From positions 17,248 to 81,247 of the forward strand of contig CAZWRY010000002.1 of NCBI GenBank assembly GCA_964636505.1: DNA of 64,000 nucleotides. Reading direction: 5' to 3'. The stretch comes from an uncultured Bdellovibrionales bacterium (GTDB lineage: Bacteria > Patescibacteriota > Minisyncoccia > Moranbacterales > UBA2206). This document shows positions 48,518-57,064 of the stretch, in pieces; the first letter of the stretch is position 1; each line of letters begins with the position of its first letter. A program made the position numbers and the translations under genes. The notes beneath the pieces are model-generated. The model had not been told where the DNA came from and ran no database searches. It saw only the letters and a program-made list of their open reading frames with translations.

Positions 48518-48564
48518 GAAATGTTTTGTTTCATGTTTCATGTTCTATGTTTTATGAGTGTATG
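48518..48564 (+). repeat. NNNNATG heptamer ladder (CATGTT units) ending at the rpsF start codon.
   Basis: ATG triplets at 48521, 48533, 48540, 48547, 48554 and 48562 (spacing 12,7,7,7,8); the last is the S6 start. Confidence 0.65.
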
Positions 48565-49053
48565 AAATACGAACTGTTTTATCTAGTCGGTGTTTCGAAA
48601 GAAGCCGAACTGCCAAAAATAAAAGAAGATCTCAGAAATATCGTTTTGGAAGAAGGTGGTGTTTTTGAAGAGAAAGAAACCGAAGAAAAAAGAAAACTTT
48701 CCTATGCAATCAAACATGAAACCCATGGCATCTATATCGCCCAAAGATTTGAACTTGCTGAAAATGAAAAGATTCAAACTATCATCCGAAAAGTTAACCT
48801 TCATCCTAATGTTCTAAGATTTTTAATCAGCAAAACTAAAGATTTACCAGGGTTGAGAACCAAAGAAGAAAGAATCAAAGGATTTCCTGTTCAACCAGTC
48901 AAAGAAAAACCTGCAAAAAAATCCCCAGAAAAGTCAGTGAAAAAAATTGAAAAAACTGAAGTCCAAAAAGAAAAGACCGAGAAAGAAACCGCTAGTGAAA
49001 AAATTGACAATGAAGATATTGACAAAAAATTAGAAGAAATTTTAAATATTTAA
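48563..49053 (+). CDS. rpsF: 30S ribosomal protein S6 with a Lys/Glu-rich C-terminal extension.
   Basis: MKYELFYLVGVSKEAELPKIKEDL...; S6 fold followed by a KE-rich tail; classic rpsF-ssb-rpsR order. Confidence 0.8.
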
Positions 49054-49054
49054 T

Positions 49055-49190
49055 TTGTCCCTCACCATTTTTCAGCTGCTTACAAATAAAAAATAAATAA
49101 TTTTTGGAAATATAAATAATTATTTAATAACAACTTAATTATTAATAAAACCCTCGCCCTAGGCGAAAGCCGAAAAATGGTGAGGGACAA
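49055..49190. repeat. 19-bp perfect inverted repeat (TTGTCCCTCACCATTTTTC ... GAAAAATGGTGAGGGACAA) enclosing a 98-nt AT-rich loop between rpsF and ssb.
   Basis: Left arm 49055..49073, right arm 49172..49190; the right arm contains the ssb GAGGGA Shine-Dalgarno, 11 nt before the ATG at 49199. Confidence 0.8.
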
Positions 49191-49198
49191 GAAATATT

Positions 49199-49672
49199 AT
49201 GAATGTCAATAAAGTTCTTCTCGTGGGCCGGCTTACTCGCGATCCTGAAATAAGGACAACTGCCGGAGGCCAAAATGTCGCTTCACTTAGTTTGGCCACT
49301 AATCGTTTTTGGAAAGATAAAAATGGACAAAGACAAGACAAGACCACTTTTCATAATGTTATCCTTTGGGGAAGATTAGCTGAAATTGCAGGGCAATATT
49401 TGACTAAAGGGCAAGAAGCTTATATTGAAGGCCGCATAGAAACACGCAAATATACTGCCAAAGACGGAAGTGACCGCTATATTACGGAAATAATCGCTGA
49501 AAATATGCAGCTTGGATCGAAACCCCAGGGAGGAAACGGCGCCTATAATGCTTCAACTTCTAGGCCTGCCCAAAACACTCCGAGTGGACAAGGCTCAGCA
49601 CCCGAGGAAATCCCGACCATCAACCTGGATGAAGAGCAAGAAGAAGTAAAAATTTCAGATGTACCCTTTTAA
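49199..49672 (+). CDS. ssb: Single-stranded DNA-binding protein.
   Basis: 157 aa; OB-fold (LVGRLTRDPEIR...), Gly/Gln-rich linker, acidic C-terminal DVPF tip. Confidence 0.88.
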   Translation: MNVNKVLLVGRLTRDPEIRTTAGGQNVASLSLATNRFWKDKNGQRQDKTTFHNVILWGRLAEIAGQYLTKGQEAYIEGRIETRKYTAKDGSDRYITEIIAENMQLGSKPQGGNGAYNASTSRPAQNTPSGQGSAPEEIPTINLDEEQEEVKISDVPF

Positions 49673-49749
49673 GTAAAGATAATCACTAAATAGCACGAAT
49701 TCTATAGCTAATCATCATGATTTAGAAAAGATTCGTTATTTCAATTATT

Positions 49750-49956
49750 ATGGAAAAGAAACTTTGTTTTTTTTGTGAAAATAAACTGGATAAAATTGAT
49801 TTCAAAGATGCCTACCTTCTGCGAAGGTTTATGAATTCTCAAGGCAAAATTTATCCCCCCAAACGCCACGGCACTTGTTCCAAGCATCAAAGAACTCTTG
49901 CCAACGCCATCAAAAAAGCCCGCTTTATGGCCTTGGTTCCGTTTGTAGTTAAATAA
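49750..49956 (+). CDS. rpsR: 30S ribosomal protein S18.
   Basis: 68 aa; CFFCENK...IDFKD...LRRF...GKI motifs. Confidence 0.85.
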   Translation: MEKKLCFFCENKLDKIDFKDAYLLRRFMNSQGKIYPPKRHGTCSKHQRTLANAIKKARFMALVPFVVK

Positions 49957-49993
49957 CTTCACATAATGTGGGACATAGACTAAAAACTTGATT

Positions 49994-50038
49994 TATTTTC
50001 ATGTTATATGTTCCATGTTTTATGTTTCATGAATTATG
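49994..50038 (+). repeat. Perfect 7-nt NNNNATG ladder of six units ending at the efp start codon.
   Basis: ATG at 50001, 50008, 50015, 50022, 50029 and 50036, each exactly 7 nt apart; the last is the efp start. Confidence 0.7.
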
Positions 50039-50593
50039 TTAGGTATAAGTGAAATAAAAACAGGAAAAAACATCATTTTAAATAAAGAACCCTTCGCGGT
50101 TCTTTACCACGAACATTCTAAAACAGGCCGTGCTGGATCCGTTCTCAGAACCAGACTTCGCAACCTCTTAACAGGTGCTGTCTTGGAAAAAACATTTCAA
50201 GGCGCCGAACAAGTTACCGAAGCTGATATTACAAAATCCAAAGCTCAATTTCTCTATAAAGAAAAAGAGGTCTATTCTTTTATGGATACGGAAAACTACG
50301 ACCAATTTTCTCTTTCGTCTGAAACTTTGGGCGATGCCGTAAATTATTTAATTGAAGGCACGGAGGTCTCAGTTTTGAATTTCAATGGCAACCCGATCAA
50401 CATTGAATTGCCGGTTAAGATAAGCTTGGAAGTTATGGAAGCTCCACCCGGAATAAAAGGCAACACTGTTTCTACTGGCGGAAAAGTTGTAACTCTGCAA
50501 ACCGGACTCAAGATTTCTGCACCTCTTTTCATTAACCAAGGCGATGTCATCATCGTAAACACAGAGCGAGGAGAATATGTCGGGCGAGCCTGA
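50036..50593 (+). CDS. efp: Elongation factor P.
   Basis: 185 aa; KOW-like N-domain and two OB domains; GKG region; ...RGEYVGRA C-terminus. Confidence 0.85.
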   Translation: MLGISEIKTGKNIILNKEPFAVLYHEHSKTGRAGSVLRTRLRNLLTGAVLEKTFQGAEQVTEADITKSKAQFLYKEKEVYSFMDTENYDQFSLSSETLGDAVNYLIEGTEVSVLNFNGNPINIELPVKISLEVMEAPPGIKGNTVSTGGKVVTLQTGLKISAPLFINQGDVIIVNTERGEYVGRA

Positions 50594-50894
50594 ATCATAG
50601 AACATGCGCAACATAAAACATGCCTGCCCGCTAACGCGGGACGCAACCATGGAAACATACAACGGACTTGTTTAATTTTCTGCAATATTTTTCATCTCTT
50701 ATTTAAAGAAAAAGCCGAGCTTTGAAAAATTTTTCTCTTAAATATAAACAAAAAAACTCTGAACCAATCAGAGTTTTATTTTTATTTTCTATTTTTAAAA
50801 TATCCTTAAGCTTATTTCAATAATCTTTTTTTATTATTGTAAATATTTTTACCTCTATTATTGTTTCAAAAAAGCTTTTTGATATTTTGTTCTT

Positions 50895-51059
50895 TTATAA
50901 TATTCCGGCAGTGCTAATGAAGGTGAACACCATCACTGGGACCATGGCAACCAGAATGGCGAAGTTTCTTTCTTCTTCTCTTTTTATTTGTTTCGCCCGC
51001 TTTCGACACTCGGGACAATCTGACCCGCACCCTTCTTCTTTTTTGATATCTTCTTCCAT
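50895..51059 (-). other. Cryptic 54-codon ORF (CxxxCxxC N-terminus plus C-terminal TM helix) inside a GC-rich structured island; could equally be a small ncRNA.
   Basis: Minus-strand ATG...TAA translates to MEEDIKKEEGCGSDCPECRKRAKQIKREEERNFAILVAMVPVMVFTFISTAGIL. It has no clear SD and uses GC-rich codons atypical for the genome. Confidence 0.25.
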
Positions 51060-51154
51060 GTTGTTTTTTGTTTCCGCATGAGGCGCCTTCCTGCCGGTAT
51101 GCAGGGATTCGCCTTGGTTGGAAAAAATTACTAATTAAGCCTGGATTTAACACT

Positions 51155-51192
51155 AAAAAATAAAAAAGCGGGAATTCACCCGCTCCTTTTTT
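51155..51192 (-). terminator. Rho-independent terminator of recA (bidirectional).
   Basis: AGCGGG AATTCA CCCGCT flanked by A-run and T-run. Confidence 0.7.
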
Positions 51193-51249
51193 AGCTTCTT
51201 CTGCACTACATTATAATTATACACCTAAGCGCCTTAAAAGTCAATGTTT

Positions 51250-52254
51250 TTAATCCTGCGCGTCTTCTTTTTCTTTCATCTTTTCATAAATTTTTTTGGA
51301 AATTTCTTTCATCAGCTTCCCATCACTTTTGATGGCTGCCTTGGCTGCCTCGCGTCCTACGCCCAATTTTGTTTCTCCAAAAGAATACGAGTTACCCTTT
51401 TTATCAATTGCTTCAAGTTTGACTCCGGTATCCAAAATATCTCCGGAAGCGGAAACTCCTTCATTATACATGATATCAAATTCGGCTGTCTTGAAAGGCG
51501 GCGCTACTTTATTTTTTACAATCTTGACTTTCACTCTGTTGCCAACGATATCTTCGCCTTTTTTTATTTGCGCCGATCGCCTGACTTCAATGCGCACGGA
51601 AGAATAAAATTTAAGAGCGTTTCCGCCGGTAGTCGTTTCCGGATTTCCAAAAACAATTCCAATTTTCATTCTGATCTGATTGATAAAAATAACCGTGCAA
51701 TTTGATTTAGCCACAATAGCCGTGAGTTTCCTAAGAGCTTGAGACATTAGCCTGGCCTGCCTGCCCATATGCTGGTCTCCCATCTCACCCTCAATTTCTG
51801 CTTTGGGCACCAGAGCCGCTACAGAATCAACGACAATAACACTCACGGCTCCGGAATTAACTAAAGTTTCCACAATATCCAAAGCTTGCTCTCCGTTATC
51901 CGGCTGGGAAATAAGCAAATCTTTAATATTAACACCTATTCTTTTGGCATATTCAGGATCAAGAGCATGTTCAGCATCAATAAAAGCAGCTACACCTCCG
52001 GCTTTTTGCGCATTGGCAATAATATGTAAAGTTAAAGTTGTCTTTCCGGATGATTCAGGCCCATAAACTTCAATTATCCTGCCACGTGGAATGCCGCCAA
52101 TTCCTAGAGCGATATCCAAAGAAATTGAACCGCTCGGAATAGATTCAACATCAACTTTTTTAACATTACCAAGTGTCATAATAACCCCTTCACCGAATTT
52201 GTCTTTTATTTGTTCCACAACTGTACTGATAGCCTTGTTTTGTTCTTCTTTCAT
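51250..52254 (-). CDS. recA: Recombinase RecA.
   Basis: 334 aa; Walker [11 protein letters not shown]1/L2 loops, typical RecA sequence. Confidence 0.95.
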   Translation of the reverse strand: MKEEQNKAISTVVEQIKDKFGEGVIMTLGNVKKVDVESIPSGSISLDIALGIGGIPRGRIIEVYGPESSGKTTLTLHIIANAQKAGGVAAFIDAEHALDPEYAKRIGVNIKDLLISQPDNGEQALDIVETLVNSGAVSVIVVDSVAALVPKAEIEGEMGDQHMGRQARLMSQALRKLTAIVAKSNCTVIFINQIRMKIGIVFGNPETTTGGNALKFYSSVRIEVRRSAQIKKGEDIVGNRVKVKIVKNKVAPPFKTAEFDIMYNEGVSASGDILDTGVKLEAIDKKGNSYSFGETKLGVGREAAKAAIKSDGKLMKEISKKIYEKMKEKEDAQD

Positions 52255-52288
52255 AGAAAATTAAATTATTAAATAGTTATGCTGCTGG

Positions 52289-53311
52289 TCAATATTTCAT
52301 ATCTTTCGTAAAAGTAACACCTTTTATGGCCGAGGGTTTATCTCCCAATGCTCCTACATCTTTTCCATTAAATTTCACAAAAGTACTGCTGGCTTTTCCT
52401 GAATCAATCACTATTTTTTCCTTGGCTGTAAACGATTGGACTCCGCCAGAAAGTACTGTACCGCTAAAAATCAAATTTCCGTCAGACTCCACACTTATTT
52501 GTACCGGACCGGAATCAATTCTGATTTCCAAATTAACGCCTTCTGAATATAGATTATTGTTCCCGGAATAATTTTCACTTTGCGCGGTATTTTCCGTAGG
52601 CTGATTTTCTTGAAAAACAGCTTGCACGGTAATGATTTCTTCCGTTTCTTTTTCAAAGCGATTTACGGCTTTTATATTTATGATGTTTGATCCGGATTGT
52701 AAAATTAAATTTTCCCTGAAATTCCCTTCGTCACCCACTAAAACCGGCTGTCCGTTGACCGAGAGTTTAGCATCTCTGTCTGTAATGCCTTCTACCAGAA
52801 CTGAGCTGCCCTGAATAACAGTATTTTGCTCGGGACCCAAAACAACCAATCTAGGTACGCTCGCAAAAGATCCAATTTCTTTATAAAGATAAGTGAAGCC
52901 GGCCAAAACTAAAATTGTAACCAAAGTTCCGGCGATAATTTTGGGAGTAAAAACAAAAGATTGGATTTTGAGTGGTTTCAATAATCGGAAACTATTTTTG
53001 CCTTCTTCCTTTTTATCGGCAGACATCCTTAGGTTCTTTTTTATCTCTTTTTCTTTTTCAAATAACTTTATCATGACGTTTTCATCAATTCCCAAAAATT
53101 CAGCATAGCTTTTTAAAAATCCTTTCGCATAAACATCCACGGGCAATTTTTCATAAGCCCCCTCTTCAATAAATTCCAAATATTTAACTTGGATATTGGT
53201 ATTGCGGGAAACATCAGCCAAACTCATTCTCCTGTCGCTTCTGATTTTTTTAAGCTTTTCTCCTAAAGTAAGTGTCCCGATACTTTTTTTAGTAAAACCG
53301 TTCATAGACAA
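52289..53311 (-). CDS. rodZ: RodZ-like cytoskeleton protein (XRE-type HTH, TM helix, C-terminal DUF4115-like domain).
   Basis: 340 aa; N-terminal HTH (LGEKLKKIRSDRRMSLADVSRNTNI), TM at about 115-140, beta-rich periplasmic domain. Confidence 0.6.
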   Translation of the reverse strand: MSMNGFTKKSIGTLTLGEKLKKIRSDRRMSLADVSRNTNIQVKYLEFIEEGAYEKLPVDVYAKGFLKSYAEFLGIDENVMIKLFEKEKEIKKNLRMSADKKEEGKNSFRLLKPLKIQSFVFTPKIIAGTLVTILVLAGFTYLYKEIGSFASVPRLVVLGPEQNTVIQGSSVLVEGITDRDAKLSVNGQPVLVGDEGNFRENLILQSGSNIINIKAVNRFEKETEEIITVQAVFQENQPTENTAQSENYSGNNNLYSEGVNLEIRIDSGPVQISVESDGNLIFSGTVLSGGVQSFTAKEKIVIDSGKASSTFVKFNGKDVGALGDKPSAIKGVTFTKDMKY

Positions 53312-53382
53312 TTAAACTTTTCAATCCTTATGAAATCTATAGAATTTATAAACTTTACGAACTTTATAAGCTTTTAGCTTCT

Positions 53383-55731
53383 CTACATTTGCCATTTGTC
53401 CCTTTTTTCTTGATCTAATGTCGGATTAACATAATCCGGATTTTCTCCGGAAAGATAAACTTCTCTAGGTTTAGCTCCGTCGGCCGGTCCTATGATTCCC
53501 TTGTTTTCCATGATATCCAAAAGCCGAGCTGCTCTGGCATAACCGACACGCAGTCTTCTTTGCAAGAGTGAGGCTGAAGCTTTTTTGGCTTGAGTCACCA
53601 CTTCCTTAGCTTGTTCCAGCAGCTCGTCTTCATCATCTTCGCCGCCAGAATTAAAATCCAAAAGTCCCTGGGAAGCCGGAGTAGAACTCTTTGGCACATC
53701 TTCTTCCGTGCCCGTATCCAAATCATTGGGAACATCTTCTGCATCAACTTTTTGGTTACGAATGAATTTAACTACTCTTTTCACCTCCGTTTCACTCACA
53801 AAAACGCCTTGAATCCTTTTCGGTTTTGGAGAAGAAGCCGAGAGATAGAGCATGTCGCCATTACCTAAAAGCTTTTCCGCTCCACCCATATCAATAATTG
53901 TTCTGGAGTCTATTTGAGTAGCCACTTGAAAAGCAATTCTGGTTGTAATGTTGGCTTTAATAAGTCCGGTTAAAACTTCCACTGACGGCCTTTGAGTGGA
54001 AACAATCAAATGAATCCCAACCGCCCGTGCCATTTGCGCTAAACGGACGATTGAGCCCTCCACAATCTTACCGTGACTGCCCATGAGATCTGCCACTTCA
54101 TCAATGACAATAACAACAAACGGTAAACTTTCCAGATCCTCTTCAGCAATTTCTCCGGTTTCCGGATTTTGATATTTTCTCTTTTCTCCTTTTTTAATTT
54201 TATCATTGTATGATTTAATATCTCGGGATGAAATTTCCTGAAGCAAACGATACCTTCTTTCCATTTCGCCAACCGCCCACTTGAGAGCATTTAAAACTTT
54301 ATTATTGTCCACAATTACATCACTCAAAAGATGGGGGATTTTATTATACAAAGAAAGTTCAACTCTTTTTGGATCAATCATTAAAAATTTCAAATTCTTT
54401 GGTGAATTTTGATAGAGCAATGTTGTAATAATGGAGTTTATGGCCACTGATTTTCCCGTTCCGGTTGAACCGGCAATCATAAGGTGTGGCATTTTTTCCA
54501 AATTTCCCAAAATGAAATTTCCGCTCACATCTTTACCCAAAGCCAATGTCAAATCTGATTCACGCTGAGCAAAGTCTTTGCTCCCCACAACATCTCGCAG
54601 GCATACCATTTCCGGAACCTTGTTGGGTGCCTCAATGCCTATCATGGATTTCCCCGGAATTGGCGCTTCGATTCTGATCGGATGCACTGCCATAGCCAAG
54701 GCCAGATCATTTTGCAAAGCTAAAATTCTGGATATCTTGACTCCTACTGCCGGACGAAAACTGTATTGGGTAACTGCCGGACCCACTTTGATTTCTCCTA
54801 TTTCCACATCTATTCCAAAATTTTTCAAAGTCTTTTGAATGATCTCGGCATTCTTCCGGGTATCTCCGCCTACAGCTCCACCGGAACTTTTTTCCAAAAT
54901 ATCCACCGGCGGCAAAATCCAATTATCATCCTTGGATTTTTTTCCGGATGGATTTTTTCGGATTGAAAAAGTGTTTTTTATTGAATCGGAAAATGATTTT
55001 CGGGAAAAATTGCTGCCCTCTTTATCATTTTCAAATTTATCCGGACCCTCCACAAATTCTATTTTCCCGATATTGCCTTCGTCTTCTTTTGTTTTTTTAT
55101 CTTCTTTGGCTGGAATTATTTTTTCTACCATTTCCGGTTCTTTTGTTTCAGCAGCTTCAGTCGTTTCTTCCTCTGTTTTTTCTTTTTTTCCAAGAGATCT
55201 TAGTTTATTAATAAAATTAATAATAGAAAAATTGAAAGCCACGATAAAACCGCAAAGAATGAGAGCCAAAATAATCACAAAACCTCCAGCTTGTCCCAAA
55301 TATTTGACCGCCAAGCTGGCCAGTCCAAAACCAACATAGCCTCCGCCTGATCCGGCCTTGGCAATCTCAGCCATTTTTCCTGCCGGAAAAAACCAATGAA
55401 AAAAACCTGAGAGTCCGGCTAACACAACTGCCAGCCCCAACAATTTAGAAACATAAAAAGATGTTTCTTTTCTGAGTAATAAAATTATTCCAGCTAATAA
55501 TAAAAAAATAGGCAAAACCATTTTGACCCAACCAATGGCTAGCCCAAAGACATTACTTAGGCGCTCACCAACAACTCCAGCCTTACCCACAAAACCCAAG
55601 ATTAAAACCAAGGCCAGAGCAAACAAAAAAACCGCTGCCACGCCCCTTTTGGCATCGGAGGCAATATTAGGCCTTTTTCCTTCGAATTCAAGATCTTCTT
55701 CGTTTTTGTTATTTTTCTTTTTTCTCCCCAT
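53383..55731 (-). CDS. ftsK: DNA translocase FtsK/SpoIIIE.
   Basis: 782 aa; N-terminal TM helices, linker, motor domain with Walker A GSTGTGKSV, C-terminal gamma wHTH domain. Confidence 0.9.
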   Translation of the reverse strand: MGRKKKNNKNEEDLEFEGKRPNIASDAKRGVAAVFLFALALVLILGFVGKAGVVGERLSNVFGLAIGWVKMVLPIFLLLAGIILLLRKETSFYVSKLLGLAVVLAGLSGFFHWFFPAGKMAEIAKAGSGGGYVGFGLASLAVKYLGQAGGFVIILALILCGFIVAFNFSIINFINKLRSLGKKEKTEEETTEAAETKEPEMVEKIIPAKEDKKTKEDEGNIGKIEFVEGPDKFENDKEGSNFSRKSFSDSIKNTFSIRKNPSGKKSKDDNWILPPVDILEKSSGGAVGGDTRKNAEIIQKTLKNFGIDVEIGEIKVGPAVTQYSFRPAVGVKISRILALQNDLALAMAVHPIRIEAPIPGKSMIGIEAPNKVPEMVCLRDVVGSKDFAQRESDLTLALGKDVSGNFILGNLEKMPHLMIAGSTGTGKSVAINSIITTLLYQNSPKNLKFLMIDPKRVELSLYNKIPHLLSDVIVDNNKVLNALKWAVGEMERRYRLLQEISSRDIKSYNDKIKKGEKRKYQNPETGEIAEEDLESLPFVVIVIDEVADLMGSHGKIVEGSIVRLAQMARAVGIHLIVSTQRPSVEVLTGLIKANITTRIAFQVATQIDSRTIIDMGGAEKLLGNGDMLYLSASSPKPKRIQGVFVSETEVKRVVKFIRNQKVDAEDVPNDLDTGTEEDVPKSSTPASQGLLDFNSGGEDDEDELLEQAKEVVTQAKKASASLLQRRLRVGYARAARLLDIMENKGIIGPADGAKPREVYLSGENPDYVNPTLDQEKRDKWQM

Positions 55732-55871
55732 AATACAATTATTTTAGCACAAAAAAAGCAAAACAAGAAATCTTAAATAAAAAACATATTTGCTGATGAT
55801 ATTATATCACTACTCTTCTTTTCTGCCTAGCCCTACTTGTGGATAAGTTATCAAAAGGGCAACCATGCACA

Positions 55872-55900
55872 TTGACAGAATGAAGTCTCTGTCGTATTAT
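55872..55900 (+). promoter_or_regulatory. Near-consensus sigma-70 promoter (TTGACA-17-TATTAT) for the LysM/L,D-transpeptidase gene.
   Basis: -35 at 55872..55877, -10 at 55895..55900; followed by the palindrome ATTGCAGCAAAATGCAAT at 55906..55923, then a GGAGGGAG RBS and the ATG at 55956. Confidence 0.55.
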
Positions 55901-55955
55901 TGTTCATTGCAGCAAAATGCAATATTTCTCAACAAAATCATATAGGAGGGAGAAA

Positions 55956-56573
55956 ATGATAAACGTTCTTTTTATTGTGTTGTTTGCTTGGATTGTTTTT
56001 TCATCGGAAACTTCTTTTGCCCAAGCCATTCCCGAAGGTTTTATCGAGTATAAAATCAAGAAGGGTGATGTCTTGGAGAAAATTGCTCCACGCGAACACT
56101 GGAATTTGATTCAGAAGGTCAATCGAATCGATGAACGCCATTTGATTATCGGCAAAAAAATCCTGCTCCCTGTTGATTTAAAAAGAGCCAGCGATTTTCT
56201 GCCGATTCCAAAGTTTATTGAGCAAAAAAGATTGAACCAGCGTTGTCTCTATGTTTTCCTCGACACTCAATATTTTGGCGCCTATGAAGATGGAAAGCTC
56301 GTTTTCTGGGGGCCGATATCTTCCGGGAAAAAAGACACATCCACTCCAGCGGGAAAGTTTAGCGTCATGTGGAAATCAAAATTTTATCGTTCCAGAAAGT
56401 TTGATGCTGACATGCCATTTGCGGTGAATATATCTCATGTCGGATACTTTCTCCATGAACAGTCATTGCCGGGAAGACCAGCCTCACACGGATGCATTCG
56501 ACTGCTACGTGAGGATGCCAAAAAGATTTATGCCTGGATTAAAAAGAATGATCCGGTCATAATCATTCCTTAA
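55956..56573 (+). CDS. LysM-domain L,D-transpeptidase (YkuD family).
   Basis: Signal peptide MINVLFIVLFAWIVFSSETSFA, LysM (YKIKKGDVLEKIA), catalytic HGCIRL motif. The ORF track starts at 55917; the start at 55956 has a strong RBS. Confidence 0.78.
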   Translation: MINVLFIVLFAWIVFSSETSFAQAIPEGFIEYKIKKGDVLEKIAPREHWNLIQKVNRIDERHLIIGKKILLPVDLKRASDFLPIPKFIEQKRLNQRCLYVFLDTQYFGAYEDGKLVFWGPISSGKKDTSTPAGKFSVMWKSKFYRSRKFDADMPFAVNISHVGYFLHEQSLPGRPASHGCIRLLREDAKKIYAWIKKNDPVIIIP

Positions 56574-56589
56574 GAAATTTTGTCTCACA

Positions 56590-56622
56590 AAAAAGGTCTT
56601 GAAGTTTCAAGACCTTTTAAAT
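56590..56622 (+). terminator. Rho-independent terminator of the L,D-transpeptidase gene.
   Basis: AGGTCTTGAAGTTTCAAGACCT perfect inverted repeat followed by a T-rich tail. Confidence 0.7.
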
Positions 56623-56737
56623 TATTTTGGGCAGTTATATTTTGGTATATATTTTTGCTTTATTAACTTATTTTATAGACAATTTAGTACTTTCATTTAT
56701 ACATTTTTTGCTAACTTTCTAATAAGCTCTGTGCTTT

Positions 56738-56986
56738 TTAAAAAATATCTGGATAATTCAAATGCGCTATATCTATTCTTTTTTTTGTAATAATTGTTAT
56801 TGGATTATCCTTATCATTTTTATAATCCTTTGCTAATTTAGCTATTTTTGAAATCCAATCATCTTTTTCCCTTTTTCCACAAAAATTTTTAATTACTTTA
56901 TAAAGAGATAGAAAATTCCAATTAAGACTTTTATTGCTTTCTCCAAATAGACTTATTAGCCTTTGTATTTTTTTATTAAAATCCAC
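56738..56986 (-). CDS. Hypothetical small protein.
   Basis: 82-aa ORF in a very AT-rich region; no motif; weak support. Confidence 0.3.
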   Translation of the reverse strand: MDFNKKIQRLISLFGESNKSLNWNFLSLYKVIKNFCGKREKDDWISKIAKLAKDYKNDKDNPITIITKKRIDIAHLNYPDIF

Positions 56987-57004
56987 ACTTAATTATACCA
57001 CCAA

Positions 57005-57043
57005 AGAAACAAAAAACACTCCGTTCTAAAAGCGGAGTGTTTT
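57005..57043 (-). terminator. Rho-independent terminator of rpoC.
   Basis: Stem AAACACTCCG / CGGAGTGTTT, 9-nt loop, minus-strand T-run. Confidence 0.75.
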
Positions 57044-57064
57044 AAATTGGAAGCGAGATATTCC

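Noticed and set aside
50880-51140. Assignment of the GC-rich island to a specific ncRNA family (SRP RNA, tmRNA, RNase P RNA, 6S).
   Set aside because: Tested by eye against remembered consensus blocks (SRP domain IV GGAAGCAGCCAAGGCAG order, tmRNA tRNA-like ends, RNase P P4/GGUGCGGUAAG). Only weak partial resemblance (CCGGCAGGAAGG) in the wrong order, so left unassigned.
50914-51153. 79-aa Arg/Lys-rich minus-strand ORF and 64-aa plus-strand ORF in the efp-recA gap.
   Set aside because: Extreme basic low-complexity translation of a GC-rich structured stretch with no RBS. The region is more plausibly RNA or an alternative-frame small ORF (reported as a finding).
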